From assembly GCF_009914755.1 (NCBI RefSeq), contig NC_060928.1: DNA of 64,000 bases, one strand, 5' to 3'. The stretch is from the human T2T-CHM13v2.0 reference genome, Homo sapiens. Positions 60,954 through 64,000 of the stretch are shown here, in pieces. How positions within the stretch are numbered: position 1 is the first letter of the stretch; every line of letters begins with the position of its first letter. A model generated the notes under the pieces. The model made no database searches and had not been told where the DNA came from. It was given only the letters and a program-made list of their open reading frames with translations. Both the position numbers and the translations under genes were made by a program.

Positions 60954-61293
60954 TGATATGGTTTGGCTTTGTGTCCCCATCCAAATCTCATCTTGAATTG
61001 TACTCCCATAATTCCCACGTGTTGTGGGAGATAATTGAATCATGGGGGTGGTTCCCCCCATACTGTTCTCGTGGTAGTGAATAAGTCTCACAAGATCTGA
61101 TGGCTTTATCAGGGGTTTCTGCTTTTGCATCTTCCTCATTTTCTCTTGCCGCCACCATGTAAGAAGTGCCTTTCACCTCCCGACATGATTCTGAGGCCTC
61201 CCCAGCCATCTGGAACTATAAGTCCAATTAAACCTCTTTTTCTTCCCAGTCTTGGGTATGTCTTTATCAGCAGAATGAAAACGGACTAATACA
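60954..61293 (+). mobile_element. THE1 solo LTR (THE1B/C-like)
   Basis: TGATATGGTTTGGCTTTGTGTCCCCA..GAAAACGGACTAATACA; TSD CTCCC/CTCTC. Confidence 0.92.
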
Positions 61294-61567
61294 CTCTCAT
61301 CTCTCTTCTCATCCCCAAGCTCAGCTGGGAAAAACGGTAGTTTTACCAGTTTGAAGCTGGATGTAAAACCCAGCAGCTTTCCTGTTAGGGCTGGGGGCAG
61401 GGGTGGATTTGGTATGGAGTAGAGGGAAGAAATCAATGGTTTTGCCAGTTAAATATAGCAGAGTGGTTTGAGAATGAACAGACAGAATTGCAGCTTTGCT
61501 AGTCTGAGGTTGCAGTTTCAATTGGGGAAGTGGAAGACAAGACAAAAATTTAAATGAGAGATCCTGA

Positions 61568-61722
61568 GGGTCAATAGGTGCAGCAAACCACCATGGCACA
61601 TGTATACCTGTGTAACAAAGCTGCACGTTCTGCACATGTATCCTGGAACTCAAAGTAAAATTAAAAAAGAAAGAAAGAGAGAGAGAGAAACAACAAACAA
61701 AGTGGAAGAAAGAAAGAGAGAG

Positions 61723-61789
<67 letters not shown>

Positions 61790-61790
61790 G
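61568..61790 (+). mobile_element. Very short L1PA 3' end with expanded (GAAA)n tail
   Basis: ATAGGTGCAGCAAACCACCATGGCACATGTATACC..GAACTCAAAGTAAAAT then (GA)n/(GAAA)n. Confidence 0.88.
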
Positions 61791-61809
61791 AAAGACCCAC
61801 ATGCAAGGC

Positions 61810-62195
61810 TAGAGTTTTCCAGTTCCAAGTTCCAATTCTCTCACTGAGAAGAGTGGCTCACTGTGCCTAAACTGTTTATACAAACAATATGGTTTACTCT
61901 GAACAGCTGCTTTTCTTCTGGGAGTCTGGAATTCTGGTACATGTGAAGGACAGTAACCTCCGTAAAATCCTGAGTACTGAGTCTCTAATGAGACTCTGGT
62001 CCTGGTAGACGACATTGCACATGTGCTGTCAAAATTTCATGCTGGGGAAGAGAAACACATCCTTGTAACTCCACAGGAGATGATTCCAGGAAGTTTGTGC
62101 CTGGTATCCTCCAGACTTTACCACACACAACTTTTTCCCTTTGCTAATTTTGCTTTGTATCCATTCACTATAATAAATTAAAAACCTGAGTATTA
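61810..62195 (+). mobile_element. ERVL-type LTR fragment (MER68/MER77-like)
   Basis: GGCTCACTGTGCCTAAACTGTTT..TTCTGGGAGTCTGGAATT..CTGAGTCTCTAATGAG. Confidence 0.65.
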
Positions 62196-62199
62196 CTAA

Positions 62200-63653
62200 A
62201 AAAAAAAAAAAGACTGATCCTGGAAAGGAGAGAATAATAGAAAGTTTGTGATAAGTTCTCCACACATATATGGCTGATTGGAAAAGTATGGAAGTGCAGG
62301 AAAGACTCAAGAGAGTATGACAAAAAGTAAAAATGAAGTAAGACTTGAGTATTAATTGCAACTTTGAATGCATTCACCCACCCACCCACAGATTATTTGG
62401 CAGACAGTGGAAGCCTTACTAGCTTTAACATAATGTCTCTCCAAAATCAAGCTATGCAACAGACACAAAGGAAATCCCTAGAAAGACAGGCTAAAACAAC
62501 AATAACAACAACAACACAATATAAAAGACATCACTGCTGAAAACCACTGGGCAGAAGGATTACACAGCACATGTATAGGCCAATTACCAAAACAATAACA
62601 ACAACAAAAACAATCACAAATAAAAACCAAATCCAGATTTGCTATAATGTGTAATTAAAGTGTTTAGTTTTCAATTAAAAATTATCAGACATGTAAGGAA
62701 ACAGGAAAATATGGCTCATACTCTGGAAAAAAAGCAGTGAATAGAAACTCTCAATTCAGATACTGGATTTAGAAAGAAAGTTTTCAAAGTATATATTATA
62801 AATATGTTCAAATTAAAAATATGATAATGTGCTGTCTAATAGAGAACATGAATAAGGAGACAGAATATATTTAAAAATAGAATCTAGAATTGAAAAGTAC
62901 AACAGTTAAAGTGAAAAAATCACTAGCGAGGTTCAGTAGCATATTTGACCTTGTGAAAGAAAGTATCAGTGAACTTGAAGATAGACCAATAGAGGTTAAT
63001 CAATCTGAAGAACAAAAAGAAAAAAGAACGAAGAATAATAAACAGATCCTCAGAAACTTATGGGATACCATCAAGAGCACTAACATATGCATAATGGGAA
63101 TTCCAGGAGAAGAGAGAGATAAGAGGGCAGAAAAATATTTGAAAACATAATGTCTGAAAACTTCAAAAATGTTATGAAAAACATTAATCTTCAAATATAA
63201 GAAGTTCAACAGATCTCAAGTAGGATAAACACAAAGAGATTCACACCTAGAGCCATCATAGTCAAATTGGTGAAAACCAAGGATAATAAGAAAATCATGA
63301 AAATAGCAAGAGATGACTTATCACATACAGGGGAACAATAATATGATCAATACTGGCATTTTTATCTGAAAAAAATGGAGGCCTTATGAAGCGACATTTC
63401 AAAAGTGGAGGGAAAAATAACTGTCAATTAAGAATTCGGTATCCAGTTAAATGATCCTTCAAAAATGGAGCTGAAATAAAGACATTTCCAGATAAATAAA
63501 AATAAAGAGAACTTATCCTTGCTAAAGAAACACTAAATAAAATGCTTTTAAGATAAAAGGATATGACACCAGATGGCAACTTGAACCTATAAGGAATAAA
63601 TGGCACTGGAAGTGGTAAATAAATTTGTAAGTATAAAAGATTGTATGTGTGTA

Positions 63654-63686
<33 letters not shown>

Positions 63687-63880
63687 ATTCTGATTTCATC
63701 TCTTTTTTAAAAAAAGCATCTGATTATTATAGGCAATAACTATAACAATACTGCTGAGTTCATAGCATATAAGAGGTACATTGGATCAAAGTTGCTATAT
63801 AACACTGGAATTAAGTAAAAATTATTAAACCAAAGTAGATTGTAAAAAGTGAAGATGATTGATTATTATAATCCCCAAAG
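62200..63880 (+). mobile_element. Old L1M 5' region and ORF1 remnant
   Basis: ORF 62890..63150 is ORF1-like (ISELEDRPIE..LRNLWDTIKSTNICIMGIPGEE). Confidence 0.75.
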
Positions 63881-63958
63881 GTACTTGGGAGGCTGAGATA
63901 GAAGTATTGCTTGAGGCTAGGAGTTTGAGACTAGCCTAAGTAACACAATGAAACTCTG

Positions 63959-64000
63959 TTGATATAGTTTGGATATGTGTCCCTGCCCAAATCTCATGTT
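63959..64000 (+). mobile_element. Start of an MST-type LTR, preceded by an Alu fragment (63880-63958)
   Basis: TGATATAGTTTGGATATGTGTCCCTGCCCAAATCTCATGTT. Confidence 0.8.

Overview
Primate (very probably human, 4q24) genomic DNA, AT-rich and dominated by retroelements. The only real protein-coding gene is SLC9B1 (NHEDC1/NHA1, CPA2-type Na+/H+ antiporter) on the minus strand. Nine exons (probably exons 4-12) at 57642-57812, 55012-55154, 53557-53684, 40476-40651, 19785-19891, 18793-18942, 14890-14998, 13868-14004 and 9458-9673 all have GT-AG ends and join in phase into an unbroken 1337-nt frame ending in TAA. The 5' exons lie to the right of the window. A decayed, 5'-truncated PABPC1 processed pseudogene lies at about 5074-7020 on the + strand. 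The rest is about 30 Alus, several L1s (all antisense to SLC9B1), LTR elements, a Tigger-type DNA transposon and microsatellites. I find no new multi-gene system. The unusual features are mechanistic scars: (1) an 8.8-kb double L1 with an internal 3' transduction enclosed by one 25-bp target-site duplication; (2) an open L1 ORF0 and antisense promoter pointing down SLC9B1; (3) a 110-bp near-perfect templated patch copied from one L1 into another 2.2 kb away; (4) a tailless tRNA-Cys retrocopy with an 18-bp TSD; (5) an LTR/deletion junction that removed the 5' end of the PABPC1 retrocopy. Repeat subfamily names are from memory of consensus sequences and repeat boundaries are approximate.
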